Under the pieces are notes generated by a model. The model worked only from the letters and a program-made list of their open reading frames with translations, ran no database searches and was not told the origin of the DNA. From positions 114,250 to 178,249 of IMG/VR virus record IMGVR_UViG_3300032103_000260: a stretch of DNA of 64,000 nucleotides. One strand, 5' to 3'. Both the position numbers and the translations under genes were made by a program. Origin of the DNA: a virus. Positions 49,701 through 59,410 of this stretch are shown here, one piece after another (the first letter of the stretch is position 1; each line of letters begins with the position of its first letter).

Positions 49701-49771
49701 GAAGAACTTTTGGTTTTTTTCAGTATAGGAACTTGCAATATAGTCAAAATATAAAATCAATAAAATTCTTC
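49701..49771 (+). ncRNA. minimal copy C of the same stem motif (no full cloverleaf)
   Basis: GAAGAA/TTCTTC and TTGGTTTT/AAAATCAA, conserved AACT and CAGT; short insert containing CTTGCAA. Confidence 0.6.
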
Positions 49772-49781
49772 AAACTCTCTT

Positions 49782-49820
49782 AAAAAGGTGGTGGGCAAAA
49801 TTTCATCACCTTTTTTTTTT
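49782..49820 (+). terminator. intrinsic terminator of the RNA operon
   Basis: AAAAAGGTGGTGGG-CAAAA-TTTCATCACC followed by T10. Confidence 0.8.
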
Positions 49821-49923
49821 AATTTTATTTTGACGGAATAAAAATGTTTTGTACATTTAAACTCTTGAAACAAAATAACGGCAATAGCTGCATTAATAAA
49901 TTTTAAAAATAAAAAATAGATAT

Positions 49924-51561
49924 ATGGAACAATTGGTATTAACAGCAAAGCAACTATCAGTGATTAAGAAGTCATTAATTGACGGTATTTCTCTTGCAAG
50001 TGGAGCTAGAGGTGGGGCGACATACTATCATTCTAAAGCAGAACAAGATGCAGCAATTAAGAATGCTATTGCAACATTATATTCGCAATCAAAGGAATTA
50101 CCTTTGATCTTGGCGAATCAAAATGGTGCTACAGGTAAGTTTATTCAAGAGGCTCTTTTGAATGAATTTAAGAATACTGCTAATGGTGGTGCTTGCTATA
50201 TTGTTAACCCAATTGACTGGATTGATAACGGTATTTCAGATAAAGCATTACTTGGTGCATTATATAATCTTGATAGAAATGCTGGTATTCCATATGTACT
50301 TCGTTTGTTTGTTTCATTGAAGAATAATAAAATCAACAATGAAAGAGCAAGAAAAATTACTCTTGGATATATTTTTGGTAATTCAAATTTGGAATATAAT
50401 GCTGTTAAATATAGAAACAAGATTAAAGCAATCTTGAAACACGTTTATGGTGTTAAGAAAACATCCATTTTAATTTCTATTGCTGATAAATATGTTAGAA
50501 ATGGTGGTGTTTATTCAAATGAAAAGGAAGCAAAAATTAGTGCAAACTATCTTGAAAAATATTCACCTAATTTTAGTGTTGATAAATTGTACAAGATTTT
50601 CTTGTTTATTTTTGGTAAAGGTGACAAGTCATTCTATACAAAGAATGAGTTTCCAATTATTAGTGAATATTATGTGGCAACACAAGATATTACTGCAGTA
50701 ACTAAAGTTCCTGAAGAAGTATTGGTTGGTTTGGTTTCAAACAAGAAACACCCACAATATTCTGGTATGTGGTCAACTAAGTTGTTGAGAGAATCAACAC
50801 TTGGATTGATTAGAAAGAATACTGAAGTAACTTCAGTTAATCAACAAGTAAGACAAACCAAGAAAAATGAAAAACTTGGTGTAACTAAGGAAGTAAACTT
50901 AGAATCTGCAACTGATTTTATGGCATTGTATAAAACTGGCTATGGAAATGGTTTTGATACTAAATTAAATTCTGCAATCGACAAACTTGCAGAGTCTAAG
51001 AAAATTACTGGTTTTGCATACAATAATATTGGTGTTATAGTTGATACATCAAACTCAATGTATGGAAATAAAGTAGAGTCTAAAAATACTCCAATAGCAA
51101 TTGCAGACTTTACAGTTAAAGTATTGGGTAAATCATCAAAATCACAAGTAGTTGTAAATACTGACGGTGAAACAACTGATATAGCATCAGCATTCATCAC
51201 TTTGTTGAAGAATGAAACTGAACAGAATAAGTTCGATGCTGTATTTGTAATTACTGATGGTTATGAAAATCAGTATGAAGGTTTGGCGGGTGAAGTGATT
51301 GAAACATATTTCAATGAAACACAGAGAGCATTGCCTATCTTCCAGATTTCACCAATTATTAGTGCTGAAATGAATGCTAATGTAAAACCAATTGCAAACA
51401 CTAATGTTGCATTGCTTGCAGTAAGTAATCCTGCATCTATCGGTACTCAAATGAGTGCTAAGTTGCTTGAAGTTGATACTAAGCAGTGGTTGTTAAATCA
51501 AGTAAAATTGATTGAAGCAAACAATGTATCAAGAGTAAGAAAAAATTATGTTAATGCTTAA
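49924..51561 (+). CDS. Ro60/TROVE-like protein: helical N-terminal region + C-terminal vWA domain
   Basis: MIDAS elements IVDTSNSM, TDIA, VITDGYEN; about 360-aa basic helical N-region; 545 aa, similar in size to Ro60. Confidence 0.65.
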   Translation: MEQLVLTAKQLSVIKKSLIDGISLASGARGGATYYHSKAEQDAAIKNAIATLYSQSKELPLILANQNGATGKFIQEALLNEFKNTANGGACYIVNPIDWIDNGISDKALLGALYNLDRNAGIPYVLRLFVSLKNNKINNERARKITLGYIFGNSNLEYNAVKYRNKIKAILKHVYGVKKTSILISIADKYVRNGGVYSNEKEAKISANYLEKYSPNFSVDKLYKIFLFIFGKGDKSFYTKNEFPIISEYYVATQDITAVTKVPEEVLVGLVSNKKHPQYSGMWSTKLLRESTLGLIRKNTEVTSVNQQVRQTKKNEKLGVTKEVNLESATDFMALYKTGYGNGFDTKLNSAIDKLAESKKITGFAYNNIGVIVDTSNSMYGNKVESKNTPIAIADFTVKVLGKSSKSQVVVNTDGETTDIASAFITLLKNETEQNKFDAVFVITDGYENQYEGLAGEVIETYFNETQRALPIFQISPIISAEMNANVKPIANTNVALLAVSNPASIGTQMSAKLLEVDTKQWLLNQVKLIEANNVSRVRKNYVNA

Positions 51562-51572
51562 AGATTAAGACT

Positions 51573-52688
51573 ATGAATACACAGAAAGAATTTGTTGAAT
51601 TACTTAAGGGTTGCAGACTAGTAAAGGATACATCTGGTAATATTGTTGTTCAATCAATCATGAACATGCAATTGGTGTGTTTAACCACTGATAAGGAATT
51701 CTCATTGGATGAAAGATTTGCCAATCCATTTAAAGATGTGAAAGCATCTAATAGTGGTTATGGTAATTTAATCTTTAAGAATAACACCGATAAGGAAGTT
51801 ATTATGCCAACACAATTGGCTGTAATGACTAAGCAATCAGCACAGAATCACGGTATGGTGAAGTCTGCTTATGTACCTAAATCAGCAACAGTTAGATATG
51901 ACGATGCTGGTTGTGTTCAAGGTTCTCAGACAGGTTACATCAGAGATACTAATGATAACGAAATGCGTTTGATTCCAGTATCAATGAGAGAAATGTTGTT
52001 TGATAAGGTAGGTGATACTACTGGTCACTCAAATATTTATCCTGCGATTCAAAAGTTAGGTAGAGATACCAATGCAAACACAGGATATTATCTTGATAAG
52101 TACTTTGATAAGTATGACAAGAAACTTGAACAGTTTATTGCACACTTTGAAAGACCAAAGAATTTGATCGGTACTATTGTATTGATTGATGGTGAAATTG
52201 TTGCAATAGATAAGTTCCCATCATTTACTTATGCTGAACAAGTATGGGATAGACTTATTCGTGATTGCTATGGTTCACTTGCAGTTATAAGTGAATTGAA
52301 AGAAAAGAAGGGTAAAAAAGTCTTTACTGAAGAATATTCTAAAGTTAAGACTGGTGATATACTTAGCAGACTTGAAACTGTTTTGAATAAAACCAAGAAA
52401 AACATTACCAAATCTGTGGAAGATAAGGTAAAAGAATTGCTTGAACTTACTTTCGATTCAACTCTTGATACAACTCTTGATACAACTGGTAATCCAAGTA
52501 GTGTGACTGCATCTGTACCAAAAAGCTATATGTTAAAGCACACTGGCTATGTTGGTCAGGTGATCAGCGAAGAGAATTATCACCACATGGTGAGTCTTGT
52601 AAAGAGAGAAAGATTTGATCCAGAAGCCTTACGTAAGGTGACTGAATTAAAAGCTAAGTCACGTAAACAAAATAATTTTAGTATATAA
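51573..52688 (+). CDS. ARPP-1 (DUF6569)-like protein
   Basis: LIFKN...VIMP......QNH......VP......GCVQ and C-terminal G..VLIDGEIVAIDKF pattern; 11 nt after the vWA gene. Confidence 0.6.
   Translation: MNTQKEFVELLKGCRLVKDTSGNIVVQSIMNMQLVCLTTDKEFSLDERFANPFKDVKASNSGYGNLIFKNNTDKEVIMPTQLAVMTKQSAQNHGMVKSAYVPKSATVRYDDAGCVQGSQTGYIRDTNDNEMRLIPVSMREMLFDKVGDTTGHSNIYPAIQKLGRDTNANTGYYLDKYFDKYDKKLEQFIAHFERPKNLIGTIVLIDGEIVAIDKFPSFTYAEQVWDRLIRDCYGSLAVISELKEKKGKKVFTEEYSKVKTGDILSRLETVLNKTKKNITKSVEDKVKELLELTFDSTLDTTLDTTGNPSSVTASVPKSYMLKHTGYVGQVISEENYHHMVSLVKRERFDPEALRKVTELKAKSRKQNNFSI
52459..52487 (+). repeat. in-frame 12-bp tandem duplication
   Basis: CAACTCTTGATA x2.4 giving TLDT-TLDT. Confidence 0.8.
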
Positions 52689-52709
52689 ATTTGCTTTGTT
52701 TTAGTGTTT

Positions 52710-52744
52710 AAAGCAGTATTTAGCAATAAATACTGCTTTTTTTT
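52710..52744. terminator. intrinsic terminator
   Basis: AAAGCAGTATTTA-GCAA-TAAATACTGCTTTTTTTT. Confidence 0.85.
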
Positions 52745-53068
52745 ATATCATATGGAAGTTTTAATTTTAACACTAATACAAATATTCTTATCCACCTCAA
52801 GAATACTATTACTAATAGTACAGGATATTATAAAAAATGGTGTCTATATCTTTTTAAAAAGATAATTATCTACTTATTGGGAATACTTAAAAATTCTTAT
52901 AATTTTAGGTTTTTAATAACAATTTAATCTATTAAATCGTATAATATCTATATGAATATTTGGCTTGACGATTAATCAATAAAAAATAAATAAGACTCTT
53001 TCTGAAAATAATAAATTACAAAAAAAGGCTAAAAAAAAACTTAAAAAGAAACCATTAAAAAAATAAGT

Positions 53069-54064
53069 ATGAGAGATGCTACTATTGAAATTGTATCAAA
53101 TGTAATTAATCACCCAAATGCCGACCGATTAGATATTTGTACGGTATTAGGTTATCAGTGTGTAACTAAAAGAGATCAATTTAAGGTTGGAGATAAAGTG
53201 GTTTATGTCCGTCCTGACAGTGTATTTCCTGATTCTGAATGGGCACAAGAATATAAGAAGTATTCACAAAAGAGAGTGAAAGCCCTAAAACTTAGAGATT
53301 TTTGGAGCGAAGGTATTATTATTCCTTTCGATGCTTTACCACCAATAATGGCTGAAGCAGCCAAAGATTGCCTTATTGGTGATGATGTGTCTGAATTACT
53401 TTGGATAAGTCATTATGAATCACCTGCACCAACTGACTTATCTGCAAAAGGTGGTTTACCATATGGTATTCCTATGACTGATGAAGAAAGATGGGAAAAT
53501 TTTGATCAATCAAAATTACCGTTTGGTGAATTGGTTGACCTATTCTTAAAAGTTGATGGTCAAAGTAATTCATTTTATCGTCACTTTACTGATAAAGTAT
53601 TTGGTGTTTTAGGTAGAAAACTTGAGTTAAAACCTGAATTATCAAATAACTATACCAATAATGTTTCTCGTTATGATATTGAAAGAAAACTAACTGAGTT
53701 TAGTGAAAAATATCAAATGTCAATCGTTATTCGTGGTGAGTCATATGGTACTGGTATTCAAACTATGGAAATCAACCCATACTCAAAACTAAGTAATGGT
53801 TGGGCAATGTTTTCAGTTTATTTGATTGATGAACGTAGATATGCACGTAAGGGTGAGCCATTCTATTTCCTTAATGTAGCTAAAGAATTGGATTTGCCTA
53901 CTGTTAAACTGGTGGAAGAAAATGTGGTTCTTACTCCAGAATTAATTAAAAAATATTCTGAAGAGTTAAAAGAATTGTATGGTAAACCATTTGAAGGTAT
54001 TGTAGTACAACACAATAAAGGAAGTTTCAAAATAATAAATAAACACTATGACTCAAATAAATAA
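53069..54064 (+). CDS. RNA ligase, DRB0094 family (ATP-dependent, N-terminal OB domain)
   Basis: HPNADRL OB-fold start; nucleotidyltransferase motifs KVDG, RGESYG, FSVY, EGIVV, FKIIN. Confidence 0.88.
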   Translation: MRDATIEIVSNVINHPNADRLDICTVLGYQCVTKRDQFKVGDKVVYVRPDSVFPDSEWAQEYKKYSQKRVKALKLRDFWSEGIIIPFDALPPIMAEAAKDCLIGDDVSELLWISHYESPAPTDLSAKGGLPYGIPMTDEERWENFDQSKLPFGELVDLFLKVDGQSNSFYRHFTDKVFGVLGRKLELKPELSNNYTNNVSRYDIERKLTEFSEKYQMSIVIRGESYGTGIQTMEINPYSKLSNGWAMFSVYLIDERRYARKGEPFYFLNVAKELDLPTVKLVEENVVLTPELIKKYSEELKELYGKPFEGIVVQHNKGSFKIINKHYDSNK

Positions 54065-55082
54065 AATAATTAATCCAGAACATGTTGGTGATTATGGTTA
54101 TTATTTAAATATGAGGTATATTTATGATGTAATGAAAATTAGTGGTGATAATGCTTTACACTACAAATCATTTAAAAACGATAATAATCCCGAAAAGAAT
54201 GTTGAGGTACTTCAAAGTTTAGCAAAATTTGGTTATTTGCTACTTATTGAGTATGATATGGAAAAACATTTAGTACATAAAACATATAAGTCATATATTA
54301 TTGTTGGAGATAAAATTATTCATTATTTCTGTACTAAATTTAAGAATCATAAATCGGTTAATGACTTATTAGCTGATTATGAAAAGGTAATTGATAAAAG
54401 TGATAATGTATATTTCCTTATAGCGAACAACTATAGTATGGAAAAAATACCATTAACACTGCCTAACTTTGAATTATTTGAAGAAAACTATAACATCAAT
54501 TTCACTATTGATGAATTAAAAGAAAAACTATCATTAATAGAAGTGGATTGATGACGTTTATGGGCGATCCCGGTACGGGGAAATCCTATCTCATTAAACA
54601 CTTAATCAAAAACGTTAATAAGGAGTTTATTTATGTCACTCAGGACATGGTACAATTTTTTTTTGAATCAAAAAATATTGGTTTTGTGTTAAAAAATCTT
54701 AAGGATAACATTCTTATTCTTGAAGATAGTGAGAATCTTTTTGCTGATAGAAAAAAACAAAATAACACCACAATATCAACAATATTAAATCTTTGTGATG
54801 GTATTATGGGTGACCTTTTCAGAATAAAGATTATAGCAACCATCAATGTGAAATAGAATATTGATAGCCTTATTTAGAAAAGGAAGATTACTTGCAGAGG
54901 TTAACTTTGAAAAGTTATCTGTTGATGTATCTAATAAGGTTTTGGAACGTATGGGAAGTGATAGACGAGTTGATGATGAGTCAACCCTTGCTGAACTATA
55001 TAATAGTGATAATAATGGTCACCATGATAGTAGATCATTAATTGGCTTTCAACCATCAGGAAGCAAATTATTTATAAAGTAG
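54048..55082 (+). pseudogene. AAA+ ATPase broken into three frames
   Basis: Walker A GDPGTGKS and Walker B ILEDSE in one frame, ALFRKGRL in another; frameshift near 54530, TAG plus frameshift near 54855-54865. Confidence 0.75.
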
Positions 55083-55108
55083 TTTTTATAATTAAAATTT
55101 ATGTTTTT

Positions 55109-55137
55109 AAAGCAAAGATTAATTCTCTGCTTTTTTT
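55109..55137 (+). terminator. intrinsic terminator
   Basis: AAAGCAAAGA-TTAAT-TCTCTGCTTTTTTT. Confidence 0.6.
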
Positions 55138-55282
55138 ATTTTCATTGGTTTTATTATCGATAATTAGGTATTTATATGTAATGAATAATGGGTTTAACCT
55201 ATTATTTTTTTGTAACTAACATAGCGGTCAATGAGTTACGAGAAAAAACATAACAATGAATATAAAATATTGATATAAATAA

Positions 55283-56275
55283 ATGCCTTTTTTCACTCGT
55301 CCAGAACTAGATGACAGACAATTCAAACAAGTTATCGGTAGCACATTAACTCTTTCTGGTAATACAGAGATTGTTAGTGGTGGTACATTTACTTTACAAG
55401 GGAAAGAAATTGTTGCTACTGGTGGCACTTATGGTCAAGTTCTAACATTAGATTTGGATGGTAAAATTAAATTACTTGATCCTACTGGTAGTGATGGAAC
55501 TGGCGTATATACTCTTGATTCTCCACCAACAGTTACAGTGGGTGGTATTACACCATCATATACGTTAACAGGAAAAGGATTAGATGAAATATTGAGAGAT
55601 ATGTTAGTACCATATCTACCACCAACATTTTCATCATTTTCAGTTAGTGGTCAACAAACAATAGTTGAGGCTGGAACTGTTTTGTCTGGTTCAAGAACAT
55701 TTACATGGGGTACAACTAATTCAGGTAATGTTCAAACAAATAGTGTTGATGTTAGAGATATTAATACAAGTACTTTAATAATTACAAATACCGCTAATGA
55801 TGGTAGTGAATCAGCAACTATTAATACAATAACATTAACTAATGACGGTAATACTCAATTATGGAGAGCAGAAGCAACTAATACACAGCTAGGTAACTTC
55901 CAATCATCTAATTTCACTGTAACAGCAAGATTTTTTAGATTTTTTGGTGCATCAGCAACAACACCAGCAACTAGTGTTCAAGTTAGAGCATTACCATCAA
56001 ATACATTTCAAACTGCCGCAGGAAATACATTTATATTGAATACTGGTAATGCATTAACTAAATTTTGTGTGGCATTGCCACCGGGGCGTATTATTACATC
56101 TGTTATTGATTTAGATGCACTAAATGCAAATATAACGGCTAATTATGTTCTTATTGGTACAAGAACTGTTAATGATGGTGGAGGTTCAGGCACATCAAGA
56201 ACATATAATTTATATGAAATGAATGTGGGTGTACCATATTCATCATCACATCAACATCAAATAACGACTGCTTAA
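55283..56275 (+). CDS. virion structural (fibre/decoration) protein, paralog of 59495
   Basis: Thr/Gly-rich; C-terminal RFFG...QVRALPSN...VIDLDA.NANIT...RTYNLY...H.ITTA shared with 59495; late motif at 55168. Confidence 0.7.
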   Translation: MPFFTRPELDDRQFKQVIGSTLTLSGNTEIVSGGTFTLQGKEIVATGGTYGQVLTLDLDGKIKLLDPTGSDGTGVYTLDSPPTVTVGGITPSYTLTGKGLDEILRDMLVPYLPPTFSSFSVSGQQTIVEAGTVLSGSRTFTWGTTNSGNVQTNSVDVRDINTSTLIITNTANDGSESATINTITLTNDGNTQLWRAEATNTQLGNFQSSNFTVTARFFRFFGASATTPATSVQVRALPSNTFQTAAGNTFILNTGNALTKFCVALPPGRIITSVIDLDALNANITANYVLIGTRTVNDGGGSGTSRTYNLYEMNVGVPYSSSHQHQITTA

Positions 56276-56276
56276 T

Positions 56277-58301
56277 ATGAGTTTAGAATTACCTTTTGGC
56301 CTTAAAGTTATAAATCCACTACCAGCAGATGATAAATATCTTAGCAATGGTGTACCATATAGTAGTATTTCTCAAGTAAATATAGAAATACCTATTACAA
56401 TTAGACACATTGGTTTAACAGTAAACATTAATGGTGTTGAATACTGGTATAAAGATGGTGTTAATAATATTGATTTAGTTATTAAACAATCTATAGGTGC
56501 TCTTAATATTACAGGCTATACTGCTGCAACTGAAATAAGACTTCAAAATATAGAAAGTAATATTTTTGAATTACAAGTATTCAGTGCTAATACAATAAAC
56601 ACAATTAATGATATTCAATCAGATATTACATATATATCTGGTATAACTTCAGGTAAACAAGATGCTTTAACTGCAGGTAGAGGTATTAGTTCAAGTGCAT
56701 TATCTAATGACATAGTACAATTAGATTTAAATGGATATACTGCACAAGGAAATATTCATCTTAATATTACAGGTTCATCTGAATTTAAAATATTTGATAA
56801 TAGCACAGTAAAAACAGGTGTTGAATATGGTGCTGATTATTCACCATTTTATACTAATAGATCATTAGTTGACAAAGAATATGTTGATGATCTTGTTGGT
56901 AGTTTATCCGCAGGTTTAAGTCCTAAAAATTCAGTTAATATTGCTACTGCAGGTAATAATATATCAAACTTATCATCATATCCAACAGCAATTCTTGATG
57001 GTATTCCATTACAAAATGGATGGAGAGTTTTAATTAAAGATCAGACAAATCTAGAAGAAAATGGTATTTACACATGGAATAGTGGGCCACAATCATTTAG
57101 TAGAGTAAGTGATTTTGATGATCCAACTGAAATGATATCAGGCTCATTTGTTACAGTAATAACTGGTAACACATTAGCCACTACCGCATGGATAATGACA
57201 TCACCTAGTGTAGTTACTGTTGGTGTTGATCCTGTAGAATGGTCAGTATTTTCAATACCAACAGCAGGAATTACATCAATACAAAATATTGGTATTGGAG
57301 AAGAAATACATTCAGGTACAACATCAGGAATTGCTTATTTAAAATCATTACTTGCAGACGGTGATGCTGACATTAGTTCAGACGATAATGAAATAACAAT
57401 CAATGTTGATTATAAGGGTAGTTCTAGTACATCAACAGTTAATCTTGGCGGTATTTTTGCCGGATATGTTTTAAGTGGTAAAACCTTAAGCACAATATTA
57501 CAAGATTTATTATCACCAGCATTAAATCCAACAATAGTTGCACCATCAAATACATTTGTTATGTCACCATTTACTAATGGTCAAAATTTAGAAGTTGGTT
57601 CAATAGTTAATATAACATTTACTGCAGGATTTAGTAGAGGTAGTATATCACCAGCATATTGTAGTGGATCACCATTTAGAAGTGGTTTACCTAATACGTA
57701 TAATTATACTGGTACTGGATTAGTAACAACTGGTTCATTATTATTAACTAATGTTCAAACTGTAAGCTCATATACAGTATTAGTTGGCACAAATACTTGG
57801 CTATCATCAGTATCATATAATTCTGGTGCAACAGCAGCATTTAATAGTGCATGTGGAGTATTTTCACCTGCATTAGTTGCCGGAAATACTGGATCGATTG
57901 CTAGAACATTAAATGGTATATATCCATATTTTTATGGTAAAGTAGCATCTGGTGGTGCTCCAGCAGGAATAAATAGACCTGCAGCAACATTATCGTTAGT
58001 TACTGGTGGTACAAAAGTAGTTCTTCCATCAACAGGAACAATTGCAATAACATTTGCTGCAACATCGGATGATTATTTATGGTTTGCAATACCACAAACA
58101 TCAACAAGTAAAACTAAATGGTATGTTGATGCATTGAATAATGGTACTATTGGTGGTGCTGTAACACCTGCAGGAAATTTATTTCCTGCAGAATCAATTG
58201 TATCAGTAACAACAGTATTATGGGCAGGTGTAAACTATAAGGTCTATATTAGCAATTACCAAACAGCAACAATTGGTAGTATGGAAATGAGAAATAGTTA
58301 A
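56277..58301 (+). CDS. virion fibre-like protein, paralog of 60581
   Basis: LPFG.KV.NP...RH.GLTV.IN..EYW N-domain; RSLVDKEYVD; RVLIKDQT...ENGIY. Confidence 0.7.
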   Translation: MSLELPFGLKVINPLPADDKYLSNGVPYSSISQVNIEIPITIRHIGLTVNINGVEYWYKDGVNNIDLVIKQSIGALNITGYTAATEIRLQNIESNIFELQVFSANTINTINDIQSDITYISGITSGKQDALTAGRGISSSALSNDIVQLDLNGYTAQGNIHLNITGSSEFKIFDNSTVKTGVEYGADYSPFYTNRSLVDKEYVDDLVGSLSAGLSPKNSVNIATAGNNISNLSSYPTAILDGIPLQNGWRVLIKDQTNLEENGIYTWNSGPQSFSRVSDFDDPTEMISGSFVTVITGNTLATTAWIMTSPSVVTVGVDPVEWSVFSIPTAGITSIQNIGIGEEIHSGTTSGIAYLKSLLADGDADISSDDNEITINVDYKGSSSTSTVNLGGIFAGYVLSGKTLSTILQDLLSPALNPTIVAPSNTFVMSPFTNGQNLEVGSIVNITFTAGFSRGSISPAYCSGSPFRSGLPNTYNYTGTGLVTTGSLLLTNVQTVSSYTVLVGTNTWLSSVSYNSGATAAFNSACGVFSPALVAGNTGSIARTLNGIYPYFYGKVASGGAPAGINRPAATLSLVTGGTKVVLPSTGTIAITFAATSDDYLWFAIPQTSTSKTKWYVDALNNGTIGGAVTPAGNLFPAESIVSVTTVLWAGVNYKVYISNYQTATIGSMEMRNS

Positions 58302-58315
58302 TAATATATTATAAC

Positions 58316-59410
58316 ATGGCAATTGTACTAAACGATAATATAAAAATAAATGCTGGTAAACCATCAGAGGCTAAGTATTTGAATCCAAATACGAATACTC
58401 CATATACTGGTACTACACAAGTTAATATTTTAGTTCCAATATCAGAAAGGCATAGAGGTTTAACAGTATTAATTAATGGTGAAGAATATTGGTATAGAGA
58501 TGGTGTATCAAATCTAGATTTAATATTGAAAACAACCACAGGTAGTGGCGGTGGTGATGGTGAAAAACTTGAAAAAGAATTTACTCAAACATCGCATGGG
58601 TTTTTAGTAGGTAATGTGGTTGAATATTCAGGTGGTACATTTCAAAAAGCATTAGCTGTTCAAGGTAGAAATTCAGAAATTATTGGATGGGTTAGTGAAG
58701 TAATTGATGCCAATACATTTAAATTAGTTCTTAATGGATATGTAGATGGTATTAGTGAATTAACTCTTTTAGCTAATACAACATACTATTTAAGTAGTAC
58801 TGTTGCTGGTGGATTAACATCAATAGAACCAACAATTCCAACAACAATAAGTAAACCAATATTAACAACATTAACAAATAATGATGCGTTAATATTTCAA
58901 TATAGAGGATTTTTAAATACTACAGGTGCAACAGGTAATAATACTGGTTTTACTTCTGCAATTAATATTGGTACTGGACAAACAATATATGATGATAGTA
59001 TTTTAAATACTCTTCAATTTAGAACATTAAAATCAGGTGATAATATATCTGTAGTTACTGTTGGTGATGAAATAGAATTTAATTTTACTGGACAAACAAA
59101 TAATCAAAACATTTATAATTCAAAAAGAATTGTAAGTGGTTCTATTACATTATTATTGTCTGACCATGTTATATTGGTTTCAGCTACAACAGCAATTACT
59201 TTAACTCTTCCAAATACAGGATTAAATGATGGACAAACATATAAAATAAAAGATTTAAGCGGTGCGTTTAGTAAAAATATTACAATTGATGGTGATGGTA
59301 TTGATATTGAACAAGGTAGTGTAGCAGTAATTAATACTGATAGAGGTGCATTAGAAATAGTGTATGATAATAATGTTAATGAATGGATAATTTTGAATTT
59401 TATATCATAA
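58316..59410 (+). CDS. virion fibre-like protein
   Basis: Same N-domain (RHRGLTVLINGEEYW); HGF..G, YYLS...AG.LT; C-terminal LTLP.....G....IKD. Confidence 0.7.
   Translation: MAIVLNDNIKINAGKPSEAKYLNPNTNTPYTGTTQVNILVPISERHRGLTVLINGEEYWYRDGVSNLDLILKTTTGSGGGDGEKLEKEFTQTSHGFLVGNVVEYSGGTFQKALAVQGRNSEIIGWVSEVIDANTFKLVLNGYVDGISELTLLANTTYYLSSTVAGGLTSIEPTIPTTISKPILTTLTNNDALIFQYRGFLNTTGATGNNTGFTSAINIGTGQTIYDDSILNTLQFRTLKSGDNISVVTVGDEIEFNFTGQTNNQNIYNSKRIVSGSITLLLSDHVILVSATTAITLTLPNTGLNDGQTYKIKDLSGAFSKNITIDGDGIDIEQGSVAVINTDRGALEIVYDNNVNEWIILNFIS

Noticed and set aside
49238-49771. CRISPR array interpretation of the repeated motif
   Set aside because: Repeats are degenerate paired arms with covariation and tRNA-like inserts of unequal length, not identical repeats with spacers; no cas genes
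52751-52915. Short hydrophobic ORF (MEVLILTLIQIFLS...)
   Set aside because: Only about 37 codons with no recognisable family; possibly a relic, not supportable as a gene
26858-54856. Alternative genetic code (TAG read-through), suggested by in-frame TAGs at 26858 and 54854
   Set aside because: Both genes also have frameshifts, a third lesion is TAA, TAG correctly ends genes such as uvsX, and long core genes are uninterrupted under code 11
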